A DNA stretch of 64,000 bases from Takakia lepidozioides (lineage: Eukaryota; Plantae; Bryophyta). A model generated the notes under the pieces. The model was not told where the DNA came from. It did not search any database and was given only the letters and a program-made list of their open reading frames with translations. The stretch covers positions 52,204,001 through 52,268,000 of the forward strand of contig CM060732.1 in assembly GCA_030704615.1 (NCBI GenBank), written 5' to 3'. This document shows positions 23,346 to 37,900 of this stretch, in pieces (the first letter of the stretch is position 1; each line of letters opens with the position of its first letter). The position numbers were made by a program, and so were the translations under genes.

Positions 23346-25292
23346 TGTAGCTAAGTTGCCCTACTTGCAGCCTTCTCTGCTAATATCCTGGTCTGCTATT
23401 TCACCATAATCTCAGCCTCTAGTGGCGATATCTAGTTCCACCTTGTAACCTTGCACAGCGAAAATTCAAAGCAATTTCACATAGTCCACAGTTTGCTGCA
23501 GACACCTGAAAATCTTGACCTCAGGGTCCTCTGACCTTTCCAGCAGAGCTCCACCACATCGCATGAACTACGTCTTGACATGGGTGTCTTAGTCTCCTTG
23601 CGCAATGCGGTTGGTTTCTTTTGCCAAACTTCATCATACTCAATCCAGCTAAGTTACGGCTGAAACCTGTTACCATTCCTATATTGCGCTCTCTCAGCTC
23701 ACTGCTCGAAAGCCGACTACCATACTGCTCCTCTCGAAACAACTGCTCGGATTCCACCTTCAAAAGGCTCATGTCGACTATCCTACTCATTGCCGGCTCG
23801 TCCTCTCATAGGACTCGCCCGAAGACAAAAAAACCCGTGGATCTCCACCAATCCAGTGGTTTCTTCCTCCACCCGAGTCAACTGTGCAACCCAACCCAAT
23901 GAAGGCAACACCACATATACAGAAAACGCTCACAAGACATGCAAGTATCTAGACTCGGAGAGGGAGAAGACACAGAGAAACAAAACTTGGAACGATCCTC
24001 CACCTAGCATAACATTGACCATGCAGCACCGAATGCCTTCAGCGAGTTCATGTCATCCACCCTTACAGTCTACTAACTTACTTCTGAGCTAGAGAACTTG
24101 TCCTGTTGCCTGTTCGGCTCTGCAAAATAACTGGAGTAGTAACAGCTTCAAGTACTGTACCTCAGAGGTCAACATAGCCGAGAAATGGTACTGTACTCGT
24201 CTCGGCAGGAACGTTGAGAGCAGCAATAAATGAAGCACGCGCGAATCTCTGCCCTCAATGCTCCACCCCGCCTTGGGTGCTCTGCCACCTGAGCATCGAC
24301 TACTTGGACCACTTAGCTCTCTCCCTGTCTGCACCCCTCATCAACGATCATCTTCAACACTTCTGACATCCCCACCTCAGCAGCTGCAGCCTGCAAGAGG
24401 ACCCACGGCTACCTGAGGAAGCTTTACCGGGTGCAGTAAAGTGTGGCGACATAGAAGTTATTTATGCCAAGTTGGCTGCTTTCTTGTACTTGCGTGCTCT
24501 TCTCTGAGCGGACCCCGTCGTGTTTGTCCTACCAATAAAGATGCTTCAATGCATGACATTACCTGTATGGAGGTTCTGTTGCAATACCTTTTAATCAACC
24601 TTTCAGACATTGCATGAACACAGAAAAATTGAGTAGAACTACCTCTATAAAGATACCTACTTTGAAGAGTTTGAATCAAAGTTGAACAGCTCTTATAAGT
24701 AATAACAAGGATTCCTGGCATCGCTTAGTGGTGTGGTTGCTTTCTCAAGGGAAGAGAGGCCCATTGTTGTGTGGTCAAAGGTAAAACTGGGAGGCAGTGG
24801 GATGCATTGGAAGCACATGATTCAGCTTGTGAAGCTTGTATACCACAATCTAAATTGTGAGCAAATATGACTAGTGATCATGGAATAGCATTTCGATTAG
24901 ACATGAATTTAAAGTGTTTTGGGCCTGAGGACATGTCCTTAATGCTGCCAATGCAGCCAAACTTTGCAGCCCTTGAAGGCTTTGACTCAAAAGACATAAT
25001 ATCCAAAAGATATGGAGTTTATCATATACTGAACCAATCCAGTAGTCATGTTTAATGACTTCAATTTGCAGGGCTTCACATATGTGTGCGAGAGAGAGAG
25101 TGTTTTCGGTAGCCTTGCGGCTCTAGAGGTACATGTTTGGACATCCCATTATAAAGGGAAGACCAGGCGAAAGAATGAATGAAGAGGAACATATCTAGAT
25201 AACTGATGATAGTCATGGAGTAAGTCAGACAAGCAAGGGGACAATTTATGATTGAGGATTGCCATTTGAGCATGAGGTCATTCTTTTTGTGA

Positions 25293-28215
25293 CTACCTGC
25301 TAGTAGCCCTGGATGCCAAGGCCACTGCTGCCAAATTGACTGGAGCAGTAACCTTTGGAGGGAGTTTCACTTGCTGCAGCTTGCTCTTCCCTGCGAGCAC
25401 CCATCGTCGGAGCGCCAACATGACTGCCCATGTAAATTGTGATGTCTTCTCTTTGATCATAAGCATCAACGCTGCTCCTAGCACCGTCTTCAGAATCTGG
25501 GCCTGAAGTCCTTTATAAAATCCCCAGATACCTTCTTCCCTCCAAATTTGGTGAATTGTGTCAAACAGTTTCTTGGGAGGCTTCACTGGACCACCTGGTC
25601 CAGCATTCATTTGTTGCTCCTTGTTTTCATCAGACTCCGCAGCTTGGAGCATCACTTTGGTCCTGCCAAGAGCACACATAAAGCACTGTCAACCAGCTCC
25701 TACCTTCCTAATCAGTAGCTGGAGCTAATATCCACTATAGAAGATATCATGCCGTGGCTTAATAGTAGCAAGTTGACTTGCAACCACATGTACATCATAG
25801 CCCTCTCTGGTGGCATCCTGTCTAGCAAATTTCCCTGGCCCACAATCCCCCTGCAGATTCCTAAAAGATAAACCATCCTCTGGATCATATTGCAAAGGAT
25901 TCATCAAGTATGACCAGGCTGACAACATAGGCCAAGTAGGCAGAAAGTAGGGGAGGTTTGTGTGACATAGAGGTGGCAAGTAACTGAGTGACGAGGTTTC
26001 CTCTAATGGGAAGCTAAACTATGTTGAATGGGAGATGACTTTCGAAACTGAACTTATATTGCGGCTGCTATAATATGGGCTCTAGTGTATCATTCTGTAC
26101 TAAGCAAAATTAAAGGCCATGGTTGGGTAACCCTTCCTCCAACTATGTCATTCCCACCAACAAAGATACTGGAACCAAAGTAAGAACTTACCTAATGGCA
26201 GGGTATGTCACAATGGTGGCACAAGTCTTGGAGAGGGCCCCCAGTAAGAAAGCTTGGAAGGCTGATAGCACAATTGGGGAGGCAGGTAACAAATTATCTC
26301 CACTCACCAACGTCCCACCAGCTTTAGACCGAAGCAGGCGCTCTTTCAATTGTTCAAACACCGTGTACTGCAGCCACCCAAAAGCTCATTGGTTTCTGGC
26401 ATGGAAGCAAGGATGTGGTTTAAAGAAAGAGAAAAGACGCCGAACAATGTCAGAGAACATAAGAGCCTCTTCTCCTGGTGGGTATTTGCCCCCTCTCGAG
26501 GGTGGGCTCTACTGGTGAGATTAAGAAAAAGAAGAGAGATACAAGGGACAGACAGAGATACCTCTTGTCAATCATCTAAGGTGTAAGAACATACACAATA
26601 TCATGCAGTTGTTGAGAGAGAGGATTGTAGGAGTACTGAAGTAAAGAGCACAAGCTTGGATAGAGTCTGAGAGGCATAGCAAGAGGAAGAGGAAACAGCC
26701 ATGACGGAAGCTGGGAAAAGAGCCAAGATAGATAGAGAACAACACAGTATTGATATGATCTCAGGCAACGTGAGGTGAGTTTGAAAAACCTGGATGGCAG
26801 GATTGGATGTAAGCACAAGGGATGCATCAATGCCAGCATATCCTTCCTTCCAGCTACCCTCAGTCAGCGTCGCCCATAATCCTTTGGACTTCCCAAATGT
26901 GCTGGTCTGCATAAGGCTTGATGCTGTATCGAGGGGCTACAGACATGCAGAGATACCCTGAGTTAGAAAGACATAACAAGTGCCTTGTTGATGATTCAGC
27001 GAGAGAGAGAGATGAATTAAGTTGACAGCATGTGTGTAACATACAGGGGAGGACCCCATTGTCAGCTCATACAGATAAATATCCAGTTTCAAGGATCGGA
27101 TGGCTCACAATGACATCATTACACATGTAACAACATTGATTCAGGCACCTCCATTGGAGCCTCCTTACCCTTACTCCAGGTGCAGTACATGTGGTTGGGG
27201 TACGCCAGTCTTGCAGATGCAAGGAAAGGGCAGAGAAAAGAACAAAACAGAATTGCTTATTCACGTCCTGTTATTCAGTCTACAACTAGAAACAAATAGC
27301 AAAGTGCCAACAAGGCCAGGTGTGCCTGTTTCCTACCTTAAATATCTTGCAACAATTCAATCTGCCTCACTCGGACACATACTATAGTCCTGGGAAGCCC
27401 TACCTGAGTCAGAACCACTGTGCATGCACCGGCGACTGCACCAACAACAATGTTAGCCCCCATGCCCATTTGCTTCAGTTTAGCACGCTTCAAATAAAAC
27501 TGCTTGAAGTAGCTGTAACTGAAAAAATAGATGAACTGGGAGATGACGGATTGTAAGTTTTTTGTGCCAAGGCCCTGGTATAGAGAAAGGATTTGGCGCT
27601 TCTCAATCGCTTCTCGAAAAACATCCAGGAGGGACCTTTCAGCACACAAACCACCAAGTTAGGAACTCTGGCCTAACCCAGTGAAAAGACCATGATTTAT
27701 CCTGGACAAGGCATAGAAAATGTACTGAAAGGTGAGAGCTGCCACCCGCCAATTGCTCCTCACCAATCTTAACCAGGTCTTGACTCTTTATAAAGTAAAC
27801 TTGGGCCTAATTTAAGCCTTCTTAAGGATATCACATACAAAAATGCAAGGGCGCTTAGGGTTAATAAATAACTGGTTCCATGCACAAGGTCGACCTTCCC
27901 AGGATGACAGTATAAGGTGATGCCGAATACCAGTCCGGCGTTTACTGCTGGCTTGGACTGTGGGCCACACAAGGCCTCTGCAAACATAGTCCCTCTATCC
28001 CTCTCACCATGCCTCTTTTCTCTCTTCAAGAAGTTAGCATCAGCATACCCAAGAGGGCAAAGATAAGAGAACCTGTATTTGCGAGAGGCCCCGCATCGTG
28101 CTTCCGCCTGATACTTGGTCTTGCATGTGTCCAACGGATACAAGATTATTGTGCTCAGAAGGCCACCCACAGCTCCCGATGTCGCCTCCGTCAACGATTC
28201 GAAATTCAGCCCCAT
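25293..28215 (-). CDS. PNC1: Peroxisomal adenine nucleotide carrier (PNC-like, mitochondrial carrier family). Exons ~28215-28073, 27635-27404, 26936-26790, 26367-26192, 25662-25293
   Basis: [74 protein letters not shown] and [15 protein letters not shown]. Confidence 0.93.
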
Positions 28216-28895
28216 TCCGTTTGACAGAAGAAGAAGATACAATTCCCCTTGGTGACGCAGCTGATTCTCAAAAGATTTTTACCGTTGGTTGAGGCGAGGC
28301 CAAATGTTACCTGCAGACTGGCCTTCCCTCTGTTAGAAAAATATGCACAGCAGATAGTTGTCCCTCTGAGTGTGTTTGGTGAGGTGTTTTCTTCTCTCTC
28401 AACAATCTATCCTAAAGAAAATGCTTACAGTGAAATACCATTGGATTACACTCACCTGAATTTCTTGAATCGATCATAATCTGGTATCACGTGACTGGAG
28501 TCCAGTCAAAGGTAATGCAATGCTCTTAAGTCTGAAGCAGTCGACACTGAAGTCTGGTTTCAAGACAGATAAAGTGAACGGGGGTCGCGTCTTCTGTGAC
28601 AGCCACATAGTGCAGGAGAGTCCAGACTCCACAGTGCTGCACTAACTTTTGAAGGAAAAAATTCAGTAATCACATCCAGAGAAGAGATGGCACGAGGTCG
28701 AAAAATCCAACAGCCAAGTACCCGAGATCTGTAGCTTGCAGAATTGATTTCGGAATACTTACACAGCACCACAGGAGAAAGCAGCACACAAGGCAGGTCA
28801 TTTGGCACCTCCACCTGATCAGTCATCCGGTCATCCTGTCAACTATTCGTGCAGTTAGCGACGAATGTTTTCGGGTTCCGTTCATACGTGTTCTT

Positions 28896-28921
28896 AAACC
28901 CTAACCCTAAACCTAAACCCT
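28896..28921 (+). promoter_or_regulatory. Telo-box (AAACCCTA) cluster in the shared PNC/RPC5 promoter or 5'UTR
   Basis: aaaccctaaccctaaacctaaaccct about 70 bp upstream of the RPC5 ATG. Confidence 0.6.
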
Positions 28922-28989
28922 GTGCTTAAGATGACAAAGGCTGATCAATGCTTGTGCGAAGCGCGAACGCTAGAGTTTGATTCTTCGCC

Positions 28990-31900
28990 ATGACAAAGGT
29001 CGATGAGGAAGATGTAGAGATGGTGGATGCAGCTTCTGCACCATCTCCCTCTCCTTTTCTTTTGCTGGAAGAACCGAAGGCTCGGGGAGCATCTCAAGCA
29101 CCGACCGTCCCCAAGTTTGCTCCAAAAGTGAAGCCCCGAGGAGCTAAAAAACAAGCATCTTCACATGGATCCGTCGCAAAGGCCGAGCGGACGCCCCCTC
29201 CGAAAGTTGAGCAAGCGTCGTCTCTGGGGTTACAACCTTCAATCCCAGAAGAGAACGGGACTGCAACATCATCAGCAAATGTTTTGCTTTCCCCCAAACG
29301 TGAAATTGAAACGCTTAAGCAGGAAAACCTAGAAGAGGAAACCTTTGGGGCGCCAGCAATGCTAACGCCTAAAGTGGAACCGGGGGTTCATCCTGCAAAT
29401 GTTGGTGAGGGAGTCGTTGCGGAGTTGACAATTCCGAAGTCGGAGATTGAATTGGAACCTAAGGAGGAGCCTATGGATCCGGCTCCTCCCTCATTGGCAC
29501 AGGGAGACCGCGTTGTGCGTGAAATCGATGTTTTTCTTAAACCTTCGGTGGATCAAGAAACGCAGGTCTGCACCATCTCCATCTCTGCCCCCGACTTGCT
29601 TGGAGAGGTGGTCTTTAGTGAGGTTGGCGTGAGGTTTGGAGATTAGGGCTCAGATTCCTGCTTTACCTGCTGTGGTGGTTTGGATTTTGGAGTGCGCAGT
29701 ACAAGTATTTTCTTGAAAAGTTAAGAGTCGAACTGCCGACCGAACCACCAATCTTTTATGGGATATAGTTAGCACGCACTGAAGATGCCAGTGACTCATC
29801 GGTTTTGATTGGATCCTCAGGTATGCTTAATTTGCCTGCTTAAGGTACTCCCTAGTTTGAGCTGCCTATTTGCGGTTCCAGAAAGTGACTGCTTAGAGCG
29901 TAATCAACATCAGCATACGAGCCATCTGCATCAGCGGACTCTCTCATGGAAACAAGCTCGTCTCATATGATTTTGTTGCAGTCCACACATCCCAGAGTTG
30001 TTAGTAAGGATACTGTGGGATTGACTGTTTGGTGGAGACAAGAGGAGAGAAAAGGAAGAGTAAATATTGGAGGAAAAGGTGGAAATTGCTACGCACCTGA
30101 AACAAAAACGAAATCACTTCCCACTGCGGCAATAGCCTATAATGAAACATTGTGGGGGTGTGTAATTTGGTTGTGTTTGAGATGTTTATTGCAACTGCCT
30201 CCAGTCACAATTTGGCTTGAGAGTATCTTGGTGATGTGGGAGTCATCTGAGTCAATGAGGATAGATTGGGGTATTGGATGCAGCTCTATCTGTTGCAGTA
30301 CCCACTCCGGCCATCATGGCGGCCCTATGGACTGGAGGAACGATGTCAGGAGGTGTGTATTGTTGCCCCCTACATTTTATTGAGCAAGCATGTGGTGGAC
30401 AAGTTTGATGTCTCATAGGCATGCCCTTAAAACATTCCTTTCTGAGACTGATGGTGGCCTGCTGTGGCTCCACATGAATAACACAAACCCACACCTTGAA
30501 AGGAACCGTTTGATCTTTCTTTGCATGGTTCGAGAATTGTAGCAAATATAGACGTCATGATCTTGAAGGACAAGGGAAAGATGGCTATAGTATTGGTTGA
30601 CATGACTTTAGAAGGCTGCACCATGCTGCAGACCAATTCATTTTTTAGCAGAGCTACAACATCGGTTCCTTGCATTTAGTTGCTCCATCTCAGAGAGAGG
30701 GGGACATTTGGTAACTGTGTGGGTGGTATGTCGAGTTTATTGATGTTTCGCTATTGGTCTCTTGACTTGCTGAGGTTGCAGGTCCGGGTAAAACCCCAGC
30801 AGTCAAAGCTGGAAGTGGATCTTGTCATTGACACTGATGGAACGAACTATGACAGAGATGCTGTCCCCCACCTTCAGATTAAAAAGCAGGTTGGCGGCTT
30901 CTCTATCTGAAAGGTTCTTGAAACTGCTTTTGAATCAGGACCTTTCTACTTTATCCAAGTTGTGAACCAGGACACTACTGTTAGTTATGTTACAATATAA
31001 GCAGAGAGCATATCCAAACTACTCTAGCCAGTCCCCAGTCATTATAGAACATTAAAGTGCCTTCAGTGAGAAGATTCTGTTTGCAGATCAGAAAGGTGAC
31101 TGCAATATCTGGCTGGCAGGGGCTTGATTGTAAGGAGTCCGAGGTGTTATTACTTTCTCCAAACTATTGACCATTTATTAGCCTCCACTCACTGTAAGGG
31201 AGAGAGAAACACATCCTACTGACAATGTAAATTCTCTCCTGTTCCGATATTGGAAAGAGAACATTTCAAAGCCCTCTATTTATGTAAGGACTACACACTC
31301 TGGCTCATTTCAGCTTCAAGTTATGTCGGAAAGTGTGAAGGAGGTGGATAATAAAGATGCAAAAGATTTGTCGTTCTCGTCAGTCTGAATTGTGACAATC
31401 TGATCCAGCTTCCTTTACTTCTGTTTTGGCTTTTTGTGCTTGATTTTCTTGAAGCTGGCTCACTCTGGTGTCGTATTCTCAAAGAACATGATAAATATTT
31501 TGTGCTGAACATGTTTGTTGCTCCTAACTTTGTCTTTAGTGAGTAGTTGCTGACTTGGCTGTGTACACCGTGCTGGGTTTCACAGACGCTGACTTCATCA
31601 AAGATGGCTTTGAGCACAAATTATGCCATAGGAGTGTTGCGGGGTAACCAGGTCTGTGGCTTTTCATATATGCATTTGGTGTCCGTGCTGCTCAAAACTG
31701 GACTAACTGAGGTCCAGTTGAAATTTATCATCGGCTTTCCTCTGCATATCCACCATGCAACAAAGCCTCAGCCTTTGTAACATTCACACTAGGACCTGTC
31801 TTTTTCTGCAACTACATCATCCATATGCTGGTACCCACGTCCCTGGACCACTAGAAAGCTCAAAACAGTACGTGAATGAGGTGCATATCTGTGTGGACTC

Positions 31901-34900
31901 GACAACTTTGAAAGCCATGCATAGACACAGATGACACAATTGTCAAAGTGAAGATCCCTGTAGGCACAGCTGCATCTGCTGTGGCCACCGGTCTCCGTGG
32001 AACTCCCCTCCTTATTGTCTCTTTCCTTTATATGTCCCAGTAGAGCTACAGTCTTTGCAGACCCAGTTAATTTGCTCCTCAAGTCTCAACTGCCTCTTGC
32101 ACATCCACACCTTACAGCCATAGATGACCAAGTGGTGGGCATGATGGTGAGGATATTGTATGTTTTTTAATTCCTTTTGAGGGGTATTCTGGTGAATAAG
32201 AAGCCTTCTTTGAAAGGACCAACCAGACTGTCACTTAACCTCTTTTAGCTAGGCTGGAGGCTGACAAAGTCCCACCACTCCAGTCGGCCCCTTGGCATGT
32301 AGTGGGCCCGAATTCTTCTCTCCTTCTGTACCTCTCTTGCACCAACTAATTGCATTTGGTCTATGGCCTCAATGCTCTGCTAAACAAGTCTAATGATCAT
32401 GTCTTCATCTGAAATATGCCAACTGAAGAGTTGAGAGTGGGACTTGCAATGAACAGTTGCACTTGAATCCAATACGTGCTGTGGTGCAATTGCGGCCATC
32501 CATGAAGTACTTTGATGACGCAGACGCAGCTAAAACTAAGCAAAGCAAAGAGGCAATTGCAGCTGCTGACAGTGACAACGAAGAGATGGTGGATGCAGAA
32601 GCTTCTGAAGCCAAGCCAGAACTAACCCTTCTTCAGGTAGGCATCTCTTGTGCTCTAGGTACAGATTTTCCAGTCCCAATCCCCTTTCATCCCTTCCTTT
32701 TGTGGCAGTTATAGCTCTTCTAGTGCCTCGTGTTCTCTCTCTGTCTCTCTTTTATATCCTTCATTAGCGTATGCACACCATTCGAAGCTCTGATTGCCGA
32801 TTAAAGATAACCATATCCCAGAAGGCTTTATGTAGAAGGTGACATACCAGCGTGTGCAACTCTTGCAGAATCCAAATGCAAGCGCATGGAGGCCACTATT
32901 CTAAAAGCATTGGGCAAGAAGGCACCGGGTAGGTAGGCAGATAGCAAAGGATGTCATTGCATGTAATATGCTTAAATAGGGCCAATTCTCTACTGGGAAC
33001 AAAACAAATGGCTGTGAAAGAATATGATGAACAAAGTGATTTTATTTGTCGTGTAACTCCAGTAGAGAGCAAGGTATTTAGCTGTTAACCAACTGTGAGG
33101 CACATGGGGCTCTGAGGACTTCTGGTACAAAACAGAACAACCAAATTCCCACTTCAAAATACAACAACATTGCCACAGTGAAAGCGCCTCAAGGTGCAAG
33201 CCACCAGATGGAAAAATGTGTTATGTCTACATGGATAAGCATTCAAAGCTCAAGTTAGAGAGAGGTGTGCTCTGTAACGCCCACTCACATGTGTGAGTAT
33301 GATGAGCCTGCATGGCAGTCCTTCCCTGGTTCTGGGGACTACTGTTTCTGTTGTAGTCAGACTGGTCGTGAGGTAATTAGGATGGCACGTTTCTATATAG
33401 CAGGTGATAGCTGGAATTATGAGCATTCTTCAGGGTATTGGGTCGTGGCATGTGCAATCAGGTCAGCATTCGGAGGCGGGAGACTGAGCGCCAAGAAGCA
33501 ACTCGGCTGCAATCTCATGCTCATTTCAAGCAGCTTGATGAAGCTGAGGTGAGCCGAATCTGGTGGCTCTAGCATCTAGAATGGATTACATGCTATATTT
33601 TTGCAACTCCTTACTTTATTTCTGCTGGCATTAAGTTACACTGTCAGACAAGGACAACATCCAGAATCATGTACTCTTGATCACAACCTTGGCAAAGACA
33701 GCAGATGCCAGTTCATGCAGGGTCAGCTCTCAGACATGGTTAAACACTCTTCCTATCAGACTGAACCTCGAGTAATGGTGTCAACGTTGTTGCTCCCTCT
33801 TCCCAACACCTCTCTCACATGCTCAAATGTTGCAGGGTCTTTGGTCACAAGGAAAAGCAAGCATGGTCAAATGATCATCTCTTTCTCTTATTTGCTTGCC
33901 CTACATGTTACACTCTGCTGACCCACCGTTATCTGCGATGTTTTTCTTGCAGCCTTGGATTCCATTAGAACCACATGGAATGGACAGTCCAGTCACTGAT
34001 GGCATTCGGCGGAAGTTGATTGCATCTACAAACACTCCCATTCCTTTCATGATGCGACCGTATGCACTCATATCTCTGACTCATGATCCATTTGTGCCTC
34101 TCCTTTCGTTGTTCTTTATGGGCTCTCCACAGATTACCTGCCTGCACTGTTCTGCTGGTCGTGAGTCCACAAGTTCACTTTCCGGTGCAACTGTTCAGTT
34201 CAGGGGTGCAGCTTATGCGTTCCTAGATGCCTCTTCCTAGATGCCTCCTCTGGTAGATGTAGGGAATTGCTACATTCTTTCTTCTATAGCAAAGGTTTGC
34301 ACTCTTTATGGTGGATATTATCTCTGACATGTTTCTGAGATGCAGTCTTGAAAGTGCTTAGTTAATTGTTCTTCTGAACTGAGTTTTGGCAGGGAGGACT
34401 ATATTAATACATTGGTACCTGGCCGGACGAGTTCAAGTACCGTTGAGGTTGTACACGAGGATGGGTCCAGCAATGCGGGGATCTCTAGGAGGTAAGCTCA
34501 GTAGATAGTGATTAAAGGCTGGCTATTGGTGGGAATAGGCTGGTTATTCTTTCGTGTTTCCTTTGGTGTTCTCAGACCGAACACAGATGCCCATCTGTTC
34601 ATGCCCATCAGGTGTTATCCTGATTTGCTGTGCAAGAACATCTTTTCTTATTGTAGTCTCCCTGGGTAATATTTGTTTCTTCGTTTGGTGTGTAACTCTC
34701 GGTCTATATTGTGAATGCAGTTTTCTGGACACGCTGTCGCTCGAGGACAGGTTTCATGTACTCTTGTCCAAAGTATGTAAGTTAGTACTCGTGTGGAATA
34801 TGCATTATGATATTCTTCATTTTGTCTCTATTTCCAATATCTGAGTGTTGAATCAATTTTCGATGTAAACAAAAGATAGCTCACCATAACCTGTTTGGAA

Positions 34901-37900
34901 ACAGGGCCGTGTCCAGGTGTTCGAATTTGAGAGACTGATGAAGATGGCACCAGCTGGTTGCACCGAAGCAGAAGTGCTTGATGTGTTGGGTCAGAATGCT
35001 CTCTTGGTCCAAGGCTGCTGGGTGGCTGCAAGTAGCCTTCGGTACGAGCCACCAATGTCTATCATTCGAGATTATATTCTTTTCCTCTTTACAAAACATC
35101 GTGTGATACTCCCTGAACAGCTTGAGGAGCTTCGGGTCCCCAAGGAGGTTTTGAGGGAGATAATGCTCTCTCTTGCTGTCCAGCGCAGGGCCCCTGCTGG
35201 CTGGGAATTCCAGGTATGACCTGCATTGCTATCAGCTTAGGGTTTTGCACTGTATTGGAGGCACTATTTCCTCCTGTAATGCAGCCTTCATGGTCAGGCA
35301 TGAGTTGGGGGTTGTATTCGAGGAGTGGACTGAATCCTCTGTGTCCTGGGGCCATTCCACGACATAATTATTGATACTTATTCTTTCCCGCTTTCTTCTT
35401 ATAATAGGGTGGACTGAATTTGTTCTGTCTCTGGATGATCCAGCTAGAGAAGGTGTAGCCTCCCAATGTCGATCCCTCCTAATGTATTTGCCTGTGTAAA
35501 AATGCAATCCACTAGACAATGTGGGGAGAGGTATGGAGAGAAGTAACCATGAAGACCAGAAAACTTTTGGATATAACTGAAGAATGTACTCCAATGTGAG
35601 AGAGATATAGAATATAGTATTAGACTTTGATTGCAGAGGTGGAACCCTCAACAAGGCAGTTGGTTCGCTCCAGTAGTGGGATGTACCTTTTATCATAGTG
35701 TTCACGGTTTCTGCTGCATTTAAACCGAGTTAGATGCCATTTCTGGGAAGGCAATTCACTGCTTGAGATATCTGTCTGCAGAATTGGGGTATTTCCAAGA
35801 GATTGTACTCATAAGACGTTGTTTGCCGTAGCCTTGTGGCCATTGACCCCGCGCCCAGTTTGAGCGGGAACAAAAGGGACAGAACCTACCTCTGTCAGGG
35901 GTTGACGTTGGTAGTAAGACTTACCTTCATATATAGAATTAATCCGGGTTTTCCAGATATCCTCTAGAAATCCCTTCACACAAGCATCAATCTGCTGTGT
36001 GTGATTTGCCCAAAAACTAGGCCTCAGGAGGGCCTGGGCTTTTGGCTCAGCCTCGAGACTTTCAAAGTTGGTAAACAGGGGTACAGGCACAATTCCCTTG
36101 ATAGATTTGAAGAGAGCGTCACTTTGGTGAGAGAACCCCGGACAGTGTATCAGAAAATGAATACTGTCTTCAGATTGCCCACAACGGGCAATTGCACTCT
36201 CCCTTTCCTCTCTGCTTCTGTTTGCTGTTCAAAGGTAGGCTTCCTGCCCTGAGTTTAAATTTCAGTCTAGTGCCAAGAGTGGGTAGACCCTTGAGGTCAT
36301 CCAAGATGTCCTCCCCCATGTCACTGACTGGAAACAAGTTCAGGGAAGTTTTCTGCCTAATATCATTTTCATCAGACAATCTCATGGCAACAGACATGGC
36401 TTTGGACACTACAGCCTCTAAGTCAGATTTATCCAGCAGGGTCAAGACTTGCGGTTCCAGGTCCAGGTCCTTGAGAATCTCTTCTACTCTCTTCTCCCAG
36501 GACTTAGCCTGTTTGACAGGGCGGTCCTGTTTCCAAGATATAGAGTCGATTAACTTAGGATATCTGGTGTTGGACATATGTTGCAGCTGACCCCACCATC
36601 TGACCTTGAATTCATCTCGTCGGGAGCTTAAGGACGGAATGCCAAACTCACCCCGAACAGCCACATTGGCTGTTTTGGAGCATGCTGACATACACTCCTT
36701 AAGCACCCCACTTGAATGGATTCTAGAGACTTAGCCTGGTTGGAGTTATCAACCCATATTGCAGATCCGTACTCCAAGGCAGGTCTAATAACGCGACAAA
36801 GCATGGTTTTCTTAACCTCAGAGTTGACCCCTCTGCAGTGGAAAAATTTAGTGAGCCCCAGAGCTTTGCCCTTGCCAGTTTGAACAACTTTCCGGATATG
36901 TGCATCCCAATTACAATTGGAGGAAAACTCAACGCCCAGGTAAGTGTAGGAAGGGAGGACCGGGATCTCTTGGCTACCCTTAAGATCACTTCCTCCCTCT
37001 CCTCTGTCGTTGAATGCTACCACTGCACATTTGCTGACATTAGCCTCTAGTCCCCAAAGATCAAAATATCTCTTCGCGCAATCAATGAACTCCTGGAGAT
37101 TGCTTGGAGTCTCCCCTATGCCTGCGAAGTCATCCGCAAACATAAGGGCTGGTATTTCCAAGAGAGAGAGACTGGTAGGGATGCTCCTCTGCAACCAGTG
37201 ATTGACGAGAGTTCATGAATGTTAAGAAGGTAGCAACACATTTACTGTTGAGTCATGGCAATACCATTAAGGAGGTCACCCGGACATATCACCATTGAAG
37301 GTAGTGGATTATACCAGTTACAAATGTGATGTGTTTTCTCCAGATCTGTTAACCAACACCTATTTGAAGTACTATTGGGAGGAATCCTGCAAGGCGTTCT
37401 TGTTCAGAGCTTCTGTCTCTTGTCCCCCCTCCTCCCTACTATGCATTTTGGTACACATTTAGTGCAGCCTTTCCTTAAGAAGAGTCTGATATGAAATTCA
37501 TGCTGGAATGGAATGCTCATACATCTATGCATGAATAATAATGTGCAGGAGTGCGCTGACAAATCATTTATCAAAAAGCATCAAGGAGTGGCGAAAGCTC
37601 AAGCAATCCAGTGGATTGAGTCAGAGGAAGGAATCAAGCAAGCTGTCATGGCTCTCACTCCGTCCAGCCTCGACAGTCCTGTGGACTTGACAACAAATGT
37701 GGGATCTTGGCCTAGTGACAAGGGTGATTCCCTTGCTGCTACTCGTGGCAAAACTCCTCATAATCGGCAGACGGCTGTACCAGCTTTGACAAACAGAACT
37801 GCAAAGGCTCGGGAAGGTAGATTGGGTTCGGTTGCCGATGGTGATCATGATCGTGGGAAAGGAGGTGCAGGTGATATGGAACTTACCGGTCGCATGACGA

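Noticed and set aside
28896-28921. Interstitial telomere
   Set aside because: Only 3-4 degenerate units in a promoter position, better explained as telo-boxes.
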